Part shown: positions 1-13,291 of the stretch, piece after piece
How positions within the stretch are numbered: the first letter of the stretch is position 1
How the letters are laid out: every line of letters starts with the position of its first letter
Assembly (NCBI RefSeq): GCF_963853765.1
Contig: NC_088858.1
Coordinates: 34,286,001-34,350,000 of the forward strand
Source: Magallana gigas
Lineage: Eukaryota
DNA length: 64,000 nt
Reading direction: 5' to 3'
Notes under the pieces: generated by a model
The model's input: only the letters and a program-made list of their open reading frames with translations
The model's database searches: none
What the model was told of the DNA's origin: nothing
Made by a program: the position numbers and the translations under genes

Positions 1-145
1 CTGCTTTTATATTGCTTTATTATCGAGCTTTCATTTTAAGTAGGAAATGACAAAATCTAAAGAAAACATGTCAAATGGTCAACTTCTGGAAATCTTTTTA
101 ATCTAAATCATGCTGTTTCCAATATGCAGGAAAAGATTGCTGTTT

Positions 146-410
146 TATCTAAAATTCCGAGAATTTTTCATTACAGTCATCTACATCATTTGGGATTTAT
201 TTTGATTGATTTACACGGACTGATACATTTGAAATTAATCTTTTATACAAAAATATATCTATTTTTACTAAAAATTTAGAAAACTCTCTGATATCTAAAA
301 TTCCGAGAATTTTTCATCACAGTCATCTATATCATTTGGGATTAATTTTGATTGATTTACACGGACTGGTACATTTGAAATTTATATTTTATACAAAAAT
401 CTTATTTTAT
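146..410. repeat. ~146-bp tandem repeat, ~2 units
   Basis: tatctaaaattccgagaatttttcat... at 146 and 292. Confidence 0.8.
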
Positions 411-1379
411 TTTACTGTGATGGTTTCATGGAAAGACACAAAGGTAAAAGTCTTGAAAAAAATACTCATTGCAATTCTTTGCATCTTTTTGATTTACATG
501 GAATGGTACGCCGGTGCCGTATGAAATAATTATCTTATAAAGAAAACATAATTTAAAATTGATTTTAATTTGATTGATGAAAACGGAATGGTACATTAAG
601 GTATGAATATTTTAAACGGCTTCTTTCGTTGAAATTGTCTTTCATCAATTATGGTTTATTTTGACTAATTTTCACGAACTGGTAGATTTTCAAACTAATG
701 TTTTACATACATGTTGTTAAGTAATTTATGCGTTCAATCAAACGTAGCTGTGCAAATTAGTCACCCCTAACATTATTTCAGTTATCATTCAGTTGGATGG
801 ATTTCATAGGCTCATCTTGTCATCATGGCTTGAATTTTAGTAACATTTATAATTAGCATAATCACATTAACCAAAACGAACCGGAAAAGAATGAACCGGA
901 AAAAAAGGAATGACGATAATTTTGGATAAAAAAATTTCGTTTTGAAATTTTAATATTGCAAATGTATGTGCTTTAAATTCCACGAAGAACGAATACATGT
1001 ACATTCCTCGATACATATTTATAACATTTTGCAATGTTACATTTTGCGTTGTTAAAATAAATATGATAGCACAGAATATAATCATTCCTGATGATTGCTA
1101 AACACCTGCCAAATTGTATCATGATAACAATGAATAATTCACAAGTAATCAAGACCTTACCGATACTGGGACTGTACCAGTATATTTTATGATGGATGCC
1201 AAAATTAGACCCATTTTTAATGTTTGCTTCCTTATATCACCTCTTTCTATCGAGTTATAATATTTTACTAATCATGGAGGATTTTGTACTTTTTCTAGCA
1301 CTATTGTGGCAACGCACTTTGAAAAAAATTACGCTTTTTGAAAATAATTTTCAAAGTGCATTGAATGTTGGACAAAATC

Positions 1380-1412
<33 letters not shown>

Positions 1413-3393
1413 AATTTTCTACCAAGTTAACCCACTTTGAAATTTTTTTTTCAGAGTGCGTTATGAAAGTACATCAACATTTTTTAGTATTGTGACACTT
1501 AACGCACTTTGAAAAAAAATATGATAAATCACAAATTCTGGAATTAAATTCCTAATTTGTTGATAGTTTGGTGTTTTGTTAACACTAACACTTATGAATC
1601 TAATTTACCGTCTTTAAAAACGGGGATAGGAGTGGGGGTTAACCAAAGATACAGGTCATTTACCATTACAATGTACTTCATTTCATTGAATACAAGAAGA
1701 AGGCCCCCTACCCCTCTTATATCCTTCCAAAACATATATGATATTCAGCAACTTAGAGTAAATGTATAAAATCGGGGAAAATACGCTTTGTTGTAAATTA
1801 AGTACAGAGATATTGAGAAAAAAAACCGAGCTGGTCAATCAATAATTTCTCCAATGGTATGTTAAAGAATCTATAATTGTTTCAACATAGTCCCTCATTT
1901 CAAATTCTCATCAAATTAATCACTTCATTTTAAAAATAATTACATGTACATTGACAAACATTAAATTATTATAAACTTAAAAATAAGCATTAGGGTGTGA
2001 GTTTTTTCCCCGTACTGTTCCTTAAAAGATCATATTGTTTTTGATAACCATAACTAACGTATCCTTTTTTCACATCATGATTGTTTATAAGCACATGCAA
2101 TTGAAGACAGTTGAGATATGTTATGCATTATCTCCATTATCAATAAATGAATTAAATAATTTTCGTTTCTGGCACACAGCACAATGTACTAGTAAGTTTG
2201 CTGCATACAAAAAAAAGGAAAGTGCAGCTGCTAAGCGATGCAGTTTATGTCATATGTCGATACTTTAAATCTCCCGAGTTGTTTTTTATGTAAATTGTTA
2301 AACTTCGTAAGCGTATTAGAAAAGGAGAAGGAAAAAAAAATTCTTATCGAGAAACAAACTGTTTTTCAAGTTAGCTGAGAAGGCAGTGGTTCTTTCTAAA
2401 GTATATCCCATTAAGCGACACAAGGTTAAAACAAGTATTAATTGTATCTAAAGTTATGTATTATTTTGACTCAAACCTGAAGGATTTTTTTTTAAAGTGT
2501 GTAAATATCGACGATATCAACGCACTTTGAAAAAAAATTCAAAGTTCGTAAACAGATACTCGGTGACCATTTATAAGCTTTATAACTGAAACTGACATTT
2601 CATCAAACATTGTATATGTATTTTTAGTTAATAAATAGTATATAATTTATTAACATACTCTATACAGTACTGTATGAGTCAGCTATTGTTACAGCATTGA
2701 TCAAGTTACTTAAGCTCTGCACTATATGTACTATTAAAACACATTTTTACTTTACTAACTTACATAAAACAATTATTCTGCATTGAATAATTACACAAAG
2801 AGCTCAGGGAATCTGAATGTCTGAGAATAGCTAATGTACTACATTTACTAGTAATTTTAAATATGGCTGTCAAATCGGATGATTAAATAATACAACTATT
2901 ATGGACATCATTGTACAATAAATTTTGAAATAGCTTGACTAAAAATGGAGAAAAACTCAACTTAGAGCTGGTTAATAACCATACAATTTCAGATTTGACA
3001 ACTTTTACGTCTTTTAATCAATTCTGTAAAAATATCAAAACGTGCTTTAAAAAAATGCCATAAGGACCGTTTTTTCATGCACACCTCACAGCCCACTCGA
3101 TATTTAGGTTCATGAACCCTGGGGAGCATTCATTTTTGTACGCAAGAGGGCAATTCTTAAAAACGTGAATTGATTATAGTTCGTTTCTTAGTCTTATTAA
3201 TACAGATAAATAGATTGAGAAATGTTTTGGAATTATTTTAATTATACATAATATATATAACAATGAGTAAAAGGCATGAACATGCATAAAAGAAGCACAT
3301 AATCAAAAGTAGGCTGCCACATGTATCTGGTGAATATAAAATCCACATTGTTTGTAGGTACATGTAAAAATCTACACAACTGCATTCCAGTAA

Positions 3394-3885
3394 AGGGGCA
3401 CGGTCACGATTTTGGTCAAATTCTATTTTTATGTTTTTATCATTTACAACGCTTTAGAAATGCATTTCTTATGATCAAATAGAATTTGAGAGTCATTCGT
3501 AGAATTATAAGCAAGATACGGAGCTCACAATTCTTTATCATGTAAACAAGGCTCGTGTCCTGATTTTTGTTTACATAGGTTCAATATACCAGTAAAAAAT
3601 CTTTTCCCGGCTTAGTTGTCTATTCTTTTTTATTTATCTTAAGCATATATAAACAGTTCCTAACGTTAAACACATTCGATTTAGATTTTAAACTGAAATT
3701 TTGACTTCAACGTTCAAAATGTAAACAAACGCTTTGTTTCCATAGCGAAGAATTTCAAGCTCTGTAACTCCATTATAACTCAACAAATGACACTCAAATT
3801 TAGGTTGCCTATTAAAAATGACTTGTCATTATAAATATTTAAATCTGGAAATATAATTTTTGACCAAAATCGTGAGCATGCCCCT
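3394..3885. mobile_element. Non-autonomous DNA transposon (Kolobok-like MITE, TTAA target)
   Basis: TIR aggggcacggtcacgattttggtcaaa / tttgaccaaaatcgtgagcatgcccct; flanks gtaa / ttaa; absent at the paralogous site (~19738, ccattaatac). Confidence 0.8.
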
Positions 3886-4029
3886 TTAATACAGTGTATT
3901 ATGTAAATTGAAAAAAAATACACAGGTTGTAAGAGAACTTTTTTTAAAATGAAAAAGAAAATAATGACATTGTATTATTATATCATTAAAAAAATATTAA
4001 AAGTCAAAGACATGCGGTTCAACATCAAA

Positions 4030-4709
4030 TAACTATAGTTAAGAGTTGTTAATCATACTTGCACAATCGTGAAAATATATTAATCAGATAAATTATGTTT
4101 TGCAATTGTAAATAGTAGTTTTCAGTGATAATTATAGTTTTACACTTCTGGTGCATAGATGGTCGCATGAACTATGGTTCACAGATGTGAAATATAGATT
4201 ATAGATGGCGTCAAATAGGGTTTCACTGATGATAAACTAGGTTTGTCGACTTTAAATTATAATTTACGATCCGTTAGCTATAATTTTCATCTTCAATACC
4301 ATATTATTTAACGGCTGTAAACTATAGTTTACGAATGTTAATCAAAAGTTTATCTGTCTGCAAATAACGTTAACGATCTATTATACTGATAAATATAGAT
4401 TCACAGCTGTAAACTATAATTTGCATTCGTTAACTATAGTTAAGAGTTGTTAATCATAGTTTCATCCTCGTGAAACAATATTTATCAGAAAAAACTATGT
4501 TTTGCAATCGCAAAGGCTATTTTCAGTGTTTTTAGTGTTTTACACCTCCGACACATAGATGATAGCGTTAACTATGGTTCACAGATGTGAAATATAGTTT
4601 ATCATCGTAAGCTACAGTTTTTTGTCCGTAACTATAGTTTACAACAGTTTAACCTAGTTTATCGACTGTGAAACTATTATTCACTCATTTTTGTGAATTT
4701 GGCGTGTCA
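4030..4709. mobile_element. Truncated MITE rich in aactatagtt motifs
   Basis: Homologous to 27999-28735; keeps only the right TIR (aatttggcgtgtcata). Confidence 0.6.
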
Positions 4710-5872
4710 TAGATTACTTTACATTGTGCTGAATTATCACCATTCAATGATCATGTTAACCAGAACTGTTTATCATCATTAATCCATATTGGAAGTAGCT
4801 GTTTTGTAACATATGAACAGTTTTACAGAGCCCCAAAACTTCTAGAATTTACTGAATTTGAGCAAGCAGAGCAACATTTTCAAGTGTGATTTTTGCATGA
4901 ATTGTTCTACGATTCACTTCAAAATTGAATATTGTTGCTGCACCTGTTTAGGACAAAATTATATTTGAAAAGCTTCATGTAGGTTAATGAAGCTATGTAA
5001 GTAAACCAAAATACATGCATAGCTAAATCTAATGATTGTGCTGGACCTGAAAAGAAAAAAAAACCCACCGAAAGTCTTTCCACGGCGTGCTTAACGCCAG
5101 TATTTTCTACATGAGCAGACATTACCCTAAATCTAAATAAATTGCACGTATTTGTCACGTTTCTTCCTTTAAAAGAACACAAAATTGTTATGAACCTGAG
5201 AAAGTTTTCTCGTCGTCAACAAAAGTCAACAAGTGCTTTTCAATCAAAAAGAATTTTCAAAGGGCAGTAACTCTGTCACTTCTCGCAAGACGTGCTATTT
5301 ATGCTATTTGTGAAAGAGCTTTGATATTCTTCATGTTAGGTACAATGCCACATTTTACTACTGTAGTTATTTTCTAAGGCACTCTTTCATTTTTATTTCC
5401 TCGTTAGTTCACTCCAGTAAGGGGGTGTTTACTAAACTCTTACTTTGCTAAAGCTTGTATATATGTCTGACTCCACTTGTTGAGGGAGTCTTATACACAA
5501 TCTTTATTCACCAATCAAGTCACATATGTGGGCCAAAAATGTAAAAAAAAAAATAATAATAATAATATTAATAATATTCATGCCATAAACTGATCAAAAC
5601 AGTTGTCAAAAGACACAAAAGCAATAAATGTATGTTGTTTTTTTTAAATAAAATTTATATGCATATGATCCGGGTATACTCTCTGTGTCCACTCTGGGTT
5701 TATTTTGGGTTTACTCCGGATTTACTCTGGGTCCACTCTAGTAAACTTGGAGTAAGCCCAGAGTAAACCCAGAAAGTAAACCCTGGGTTTAGTTTGGTTT
5801 TACTTTCTGTTAGGTTAGGTCTGATCGGTACTGTAAATGCATATTGCAATTGCGCATACAGGTACAGATAAT

Positions 5873-6056
5873 TTAGAACTGCGCCGCTGCAGATTTAAAA
5901 TAAAATCTTTAAAAAAATATTTAAAATATAAAAGGACATGACATTAGTGTCAATTTTACAACCATTAGAACTGCGCCGCTGCAGATTTAAAATAAAATCT
6001 TTAAAAAAATATTTAAAATATAAAAGGACATGACATTAGTGTCAATTTTACAACCA
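5873..6056. repeat. 92-bp perfect tandem duplication
   Basis: ttagaactgcgccgctgcag...tttacaacca at 5873 and 5965; single copy in duplicate unit B. Confidence 0.9.
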
Positions 6057-7258
6057 TTCGTTGTGCAAGGTTGAACCTTGCAAATTTAAGTTGTACTGTT
6101 GTAGCTTTGTCTCAAAACAGGGTACCCTATTCTTAAAATGGCCGATACCAACCGCTCGGTCTGATACCAGGGCCAAGATCAAAACAACTGCGTGATATTC
6201 TATGTGTATCAGTCGGCAAGAGATACACTGCATACGTGTACAATGTAGCCAAAGTCTGTAGAGATGTCTGTCACATTCCCCACAGATTGTTGTGACTTGA
6301 CATATATTTGTTCTATGAAAATTTAACGTCAATGTGCCTCCATACCCGCAGGAGGTCTATATAAGTATAGACTGGGTTTTTCAAATAATTTCAAGTTGGT
6401 ATTTTTTTTATTATGAACAAGTTAAAGACGTGATAAAATTGATTACAAGATCGAAACTATCCATTTATGATTTTTTATTTACATAAAGAAAAATTTAAAT
6501 ACATCTCTGCATGCATATGAATAAAAAAAACTAAGAGCCTATCATATATAATACAGTTTTGTAAAAGCACAATTTTTAACTACAGCTGTTTCTTCACTTT
6601 TGAAGATTTTGACAAACGATAAGAGCATAAATATTGCACTGAGTTTTGATGATACCCACGACCTAGAAATGTGACTTTGGCCACGAATTTACGGACTTGT
6701 ATTATTTTTATGAAACGTTCAACTGTTGAATACCAAATTTAAAAAAAATGTATGATGGGTCATCCCTCCACATATTTGTTGCTATGACATATTCCAACTT
6801 AAACATATTTAAGGGTTACAGATCGATGTTATATAAAATATACCTTATTTTGAATGGTTTTTGAAAAATTGTCAGATTTGATAATCTTTTGATTTTTTCG
6901 TATTTTTTTCGTCCTTATCTAGGCAATTTACACACCTTATCCACCCTCTTCTTTTATAAAAGAAGTGTCTTGTTAATGTACACCCACCAAAGATTAACTA
7001 AACCAAAATTAACATTCGTATGTTTATTTCATTTACTTTTTCTGGGTGCTGTGTGGTACATCATGATTAAAAGAAATTGACAGGCAGTTCATGAAAAAAT
7101 ATTTAACTTGCTTAATAATAGAAATGAATCATTGATAAAGATTATAACCTATACTTAATATACATACATTGTATAATACAAATGAACAGTTCGTCTACCA
7201 TTATCTTAGAAATAGTACGAACATGACAAAAGCAACGACAACTATGATATTCCCATAT

Positions 7259-7262
<4 letters not shown>

Positions 7263-7322
<60 letters not shown>
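7263..7322. repeat. (GA)n microsatellite 3' of paralog A
   Basis: About 30 perfect GA units; a paralogous run sits at 37545-37580. Confidence 0.95.
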
Positions 7323-7327
<5 letters not shown>

Positions 7328-7456
7328 CTTAAAGAGGAGCTATCATAATTGAATTCTAAATCTATTTGAAGTTATTCAGCCAACAAATGGACGTATATAC
7401 ACCAATTGGTATCATGTATAATAGGACAATTTTTACTAATTCTATCTTGAAATGAA

Positions 7457-10400
7457 TCAGCAGGTCGGAATGAGACAGAATTCCCACCATTGGTTCGGGT
7501 CTGTTGTATAGCACCACTGATCAAAACCAAAAGTAGGATTTCTACAGTAGTTTTCCTGGAAATAAAACAAAAGCCATGCACGTGTAAATAAATTACATTG
7601 TGGAAATTAAACTAGCAGTTCGGTCGTGATAAACCTGCGATCAATGTATAATTCTTTTTCTTGAAAAAGATGAGATGATTTTTTGATATAATTCTAAAAC
7701 TCAGATCTAAGATCAATGAATTTTAAAAATGTTCATTTAAGTGCAACATATGCTAGGACATTGTATGAAAAGGATCATTGACCACGAATTCACATGTATA
7801 CTCAAAATTGAAATTTTCACCATACTCATGAAATATGATTCCAACAAATATTAATGAAACCGTAGAAAATCTTATTTGATTTTAAGGTGGTATGGGACAT
7901 CTGTCGATATTAATGTTGATTAAAGGAAATTCATAATTGAAATACTTAACGGTTAGGAATTTTTCAATTTTTACAGAATTTAACCAAAAATACGTTTTAA
8001 TTTTTTTTGGAAATGTAAGAACTTTAAAATCTCCAGCGGGATTAAAACTCATGATGTACAGATCCGTAGAGGAACCTTTAACTCACTGCGCTACGTTAAT
8101 TGTTTGTTTGTTTGGTTTTTTTTTTTGGAGGGGGGGGGTTGTAAAATGATACTTGATTTCAAAGCTTATTCCAGTAAATAATACGTCACAACATGGAGGT
8201 GTCCCATACCACCTTAAGGTAACTCTAACATGGGTAACTTGTTACCATCCGGCCTCCTTAAAGCCAAAATCACGGTTAAAAAAACAACGGGAATAAACTG
8301 ATTGACACAAATTGAATTATTGAACACCTGATATATTTCATAGATGATATCCATAGTTCCGCCAGACTCCATGAATTTAAATAAAACAGGGACTTTCTAG
8401 TGGTGCCAGATCAACCAGATCACCTGCCAATCGACTCAATCAAGTCATTGTTACTTTCCTTTGAACAATATTATTTAATCTATTGATTTTCAAATTAAAA
8501 ACATTAAGCAATTACCAGACATTGCTTACCAACTGAATCGTTTGTAAAACACTTTTCATTTTTTATTGACAAGTTCAATATATGACCACATATATATGAC
8601 CACATGATCATGAATACCTACGTATAGAGAAATCAACGTAAATCACTGAGCCCAGAATGTAATTCTAAACACTTTTCTAAAGACTTTTAATCAGAAATTA
8701 CTGATAAACATGAGCTGATACACTACAGTCTGAAACTACGGATCGGCGTATGATTAAAAGATCTCAGTAGAATATGCTATCTTACATGACAATACTTAGA
8801 CAAACATATTTACATTAGAATTCGTTTATAAGAAAGGAAATCTCGTTATGAAAACTTTCTGGTATAAATTAACGGACCTTGATGCAAGGAATCATTCATT
8901 CATTAACAATACCAGTAATTCGTTCAGAAAAATTCCCAAGTTCGAGCACTTCATCCATGTATAGGTAATACAGTGTTTTAAAGCAACATGCAGTCCATAC
9001 CGGATAGTTTGGGTAGTCGTGGCTATGCGGTGTCTGTGAGTCCCAGCGCTGACACGTTTTACCGGAAATTGTCACGTTTTTGCTTCCCAAGTAATTCCAT
9101 CCATTGGGATCGGTCGACTCAATGCATACTACAATGAGATAAGTGTACGAAAACACATAATTACTTCTCTTTAACTTTTTTTGCTTTAATACTTCGACAG
9201 AAAACGCTTTATTGATTAAAACCATTTTTAACATTTACAAACTCTAGCGTAACGAAATTCTTGAAAATCTACCATCTGACTTATAAAGTAGTAAGTGCAC
9301 ATTACCATAATAGCCGTGCACTCGCTACAAGCAAGGAACATGCATTTAATTTCTCACTTTGAAGCAGATTAAAAGTTACTATATGATAAACTTGTAGCAG
9401 GATAAATTCTTAGGTTGCTCGATCGCGGGATTACTGCATGTGAGAATACCTATATTATATAAATAGTGCCTGTTTTGGAGGGTAACAGTTGAAATTGACA
9501 CCCCGAGAAAACCATTGTCAACCGACGCGAAGCGGAGGTTGACAATGGTTTTCGAGGGGTGTCAATTTCAACTGTTATCCTCCAAAACAACCACTATTTA
9601 TTTTGTTATACTGAATGTCTTAATTTTTAAGAAAATTTTATTGCTTGTATATAGGAATAACGTGAATTCTACAGCGAACCGTACGCGCATAATTTTCGCG
9701 CATGTAACAATTTGTAATTTTACCCGTTGCTAAGTGCGTTGCTAACGCTGAGGGTAATAGAACGGATTATGAACTGCGTCTTAACCAATCAGATTTCAGT
9801 ATTTAACATGAAAGTATAACAATATATAAATAGTGCCTGTTTGGGAGGGTAACAGTTGAAATTGACACCCCGGGGAAACTATTGTCAACCGACGCGAAGC
9901 GAAGGTTGACAATGGTTTTCGAGGGGTATCAATTTCAACTGTTACCCTCCCAAACAGGCACTATTTATTTTATTATACTGAATATCTTAATTTTAGAGAA
10001 TATTTTTACTGCTTTTATATAAAAATGACGTGAATTCGTACGCACGAACCGTATGCGCATAATTTACGCGCATGTAACAATTCGTTGTGTTACCCGTTGC
10101 TAAGTGTGTTGCTAACGCAGAGGGTAATAGAACGGATTATCAACTGCGTCTAAACCAATCAGATTTCAGTATTTAACATTAAAGTATAATAATAAAATTT
10201 GTCTGCTTGATCCATTGGTTTCAAAGTTTTATTTCGAAATTCGACTGCATGGTTAAGATGTTATCATGTTTCAAATTAACCACAGTATCCCTGATGAAAT
10301 CAAGCATCGCCATTTCAATAAAATCTATGGTGACATGTACATCTTTGTCGGTTTACGCATTTCAAAACTATGCTGCTATCTTTTCAACGAAACAAACGAA

Positions 10401-13206
10401 TTCAATTTTTCTCAACACAATAAGAGAAGAGATAATTTAGAATAAAATCATAAAAATAATCAATATTTGTACCTGGTATTGAAAAGAATCAATAAAAATA
10501 TTTTTTACGCTAAAACATTAAATTTTTTGTTATGACGTTACATGATACGTTAGCGCAACGCCATAATTTAAAGAAATGTTTTTGATAAAATAATGACATA
10601 GAGCAAAACACGGTTATAACGAATACGCTTATGAATTTACGCTTATGGTGAAGTGATTTTAATTCTTCGTGACTTTATTAGTGAATAAATGATATAAATT
10701 TTAAATAGAACAGTTCCAACGGACACTCATAATTCACAAAACGTGTCCATATTTGTCACGTCGTAAAATTTTTAGCACTCGATAATCATATTTTTATATA
10801 CTAGTAGGCTTTTCGAAATATATTATTTTATTATATAAATCAAAATGCGACGTTACCTCTCGAACAACAGGAATATTGTCGAAAACATAAAATTATAATG
10901 AAGATCCAAAAAAAGTTCTAATACTAGTTTGTTAATTGTGTTCAATTTCATGAATAGCATAAAAAAAATCTGTAAATGCACGGTGTTTTACAAGAATGCA
11001 CAAAAACACGCGCAATGTAACCAAATCTACATGTATATAGAAAAAGAAGAAATATAATTGGTGATAGATCTGTCTAAGTTTACTCTTTGACCCAAGAAAA
11101 ATATTAAGAATAGATTAACCTTCGCATCTCGGAGTTTCCCACTGTCCGTTTGCAAGGCACGTTACATTCTTTTTGCCCACTGCAACTGTTCCTTGGGGGC
11201 AGGTGAAGTTCCTGCTCTCTCCAACGTTACCGTGTGTTTCGTCTGCGGTGTCCATGGAAACAGTTGGATATATGATACCGGTACTGTATTCGATGTAAGG
11301 TGGAGGTACCTTCCCAACACATCCTGTTGATATTCATATAAACTTGCAAACTTACGACTCATTGTTCCACTACAACAATGCGTGATTTTAATGTAACAGT
11401 GGTCGTTATTTCGGCCCTCTAATTATCCCGGATTATCACGAGATACTAGAGATCATTATCATTAACGAACAGCAACGATATTTCAGATGTTAAAATGACT
11501 TGGATTGATCTTATTATATTTAATGAATTAAAACAAATAACAAAAATAATTTAAGTAAGCAACAAAATGCAAGGGAAATGTAGTGGATTATAAATATATT
11601 TACCTAGCACAGATTCGACGATGCTGACTTTATAATGTTAATAATTAGATTAAATAAATAGATAAAAAAGAGACAAACTCCTAAAGACGTCCGTTACCAA
11701 AGAGGACAAACAACCGAATGCTCCAGGGAGCGGAGAGGAAACGCCCGGTTCCCATACGATAGCACCGATTGTCAAAAATGACAACCGCGCACTTCGTCCA
11801 AGAACCAAGAGAGATAACTCTAAACAAAAAATACAATTCCACTATATTAAATTCAGTTAATGTGTGATATAACTAAAACAGCTTTCGCATTTCAATTTTA
11901 GTAATTTCGATTTTTTTTTTATCTCAGGATAACGACTTCTATATGTCGTAAAAACCAGTTTTATCTCGTCATAACATTTTTATAATTTTGTCGATATTTT
12001 TAATTCGACTTAACTTTATACCATACAATACTACTAAAGAAATTCTTTTGATAAATCCAAATCAGCTCTATATACTTCAAATTTTAGATTTAACGAATAA
12101 TGTTGTATAATATTTTTGCTAAAAAATAAATAACCAGTGAGAAAAATTACACTTTGCAGTTATTTAAAGTATTCATCACAATATTGTGTACCTCAGATCA
12201 TGTATGGATACTATTACAAGAGATACTTAGTAAAAATCATATAAGGACAGTTTTTTTTTATCTCACGTGATATGACACAGGTAGCCTCATTTGTTGAACG
12301 AGAGACGTGCATTTGTCCTTTGGGGCACGCCGAATTCTTGAGTTCTCCTTGGGGTGGGGCTAAATCCTAGAATGAGGAACGACACTTTTTCAGAATGAGA
12401 AATTTGTATTTGCTAGTAAAAGATGCAATAATATTTTCCGAAACAAGTTGAAGTGAATTATTAGATACAGGTGATATGGATTAGAATATATATTATCCAC
12501 AGACTACCCATCACAATTACTTAAAAACTGCAAACAATCATATTCTTCAACCTCTGAAGTTGTAAACTGCATCTCAACAATAAACGTTTTGTCAAAATTC
12601 GACATCAGATTTAATTTTGTTTGGATTAAATTTAAAGTGTAACGAAATAATAAATAGAGCCAGATCTTATACGTGCTATGCTATTACCAAAGACTGGGCC
12701 AATTATAAATATAATAACACGTTTTAAATAGTATACTATAGTAGTTTTTATTCCCTTAAACATTTCTAGCAACAACAGCAAAACACTGACATATTTTTTG
12801 TCTTATGATAATTTATCTACTAGTATATTTATATCAGTTTGTAATAGCAAACTTCATTTAGATATCTCTATAGAAATCATTTATGAAGGTACAAGAACAT
12901 TTTCTTTAAAAAACTCACGTTTGGGAAATATGTTCTGGAGATATAGATGAAATCTTCCGTCTCTTCGGTATTCTCCGTGACTGGGACAGTTTCGGTCTCC
13001 TGTTGTGAGTTCAGCTCACACAACAGTCGATTTCTGCTAAAATTGACCGAGAGACAATCTGCATAACCAATACACAACTTCAAACATTGCTTGTATCCTG
13101 TTGGACTGACATCTTTAAAATTAAAACCAATGAGCTTTCTTCCTGCTTTTACTGAATTAATCACCGCGTATAGTAAAAACATATTATGTAAACTTATTCC
13201 AAACAT
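7457..13206 (-). CDS. Paralog A: secreted PAN/Apple-FOLN-like-Sushi-Kringle protein, 5 exons, 272 aa
   Basis: Exons spliced by hand: 13206-12919, 12366-12267, 11323-11120, 9128-9001, 7555-7457. All introns are GT-AG with consistent phases (0,1,1,0); total 819 nt. Signal peptide [21 protein letters not shown]; [29 protein letters not shown]; Sushi C...FTCPQG...[13 protein letters not shown]; Kringle CIES...[13 protein letters not shown] / ENYCRNP...[19 protein letters not shown] with 6 Cys. Confidence 0.88.
7886..8213. mobile_element. Kolobok-like MITE (GG...CC termini, TTAA TSD) in intron 4 of paralog A
   Basis: ttaa|ggtggtatgggaca...tgtcccataccacc|ttaa; empty site in B (~38110, ttttcaaggtaaatctaac). 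Confidence 0.85.
9455..10191. mobile_element. Head-to-tail dimer of a 367-bp hairpin-bearing non-autonomous element in intron 3 of A
   Basis: tagtgcctgttt at 9464 and 9831 (period 367). Each unit starts with a ~140-bp near-perfect palindrome; the block is absent from the B intron. Confidence 0.75.
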
Positions 13207-13279
13207 CTTGATCAGTGAAAGTAAGAAATGCACTCAGATTTTGAGTTTCTTTCCTTATCATCAATACTAAATAAAGGCA

Positions 13280-13291
13280 TGCGCATGCGCA
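13280..13291. promoter_or_regulatory. NRF1/Ewg-type palindrome TGCGCATGCGCA upstream of paralog A
   Basis: Exact match to YGCGCAYGCGCR, 74 bp upstream of the ATG; same motif and position in B and C. Confidence 0.45.

Noticed and set aside
336-524. Hydrophobic 62-aa ORF as a membrane peptide
   Set aside because: It arises from AT-rich tandem-repeat sequence and is not kept open in the duplicate copy.
6048-6332. Cys-rich 94-aa ORF, and a fibrinogen-like phrase (SCFDLGPGIRPSGWYRL) in the paralogous block at ~29940-30200, as extra exons
   Set aside because: The copies differ by a 4-nt indel and contain stops, and genes A and B already terminate upstream.
8030-8100. Functional tRNA gene
   Set aside because: The acceptor stem and B box are degenerate and the segment lies inside a MITE.
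8896-9234. 112-aa ORF as a standalone kringle gene
   Set aside because: Only 9128-9001 is exonic (exon 4 of A); the remainder is intron read-through. The same applies to ORFs 12877-13233, 40085-40312, 42108-42461, 50392-50634 and 51899-52219.
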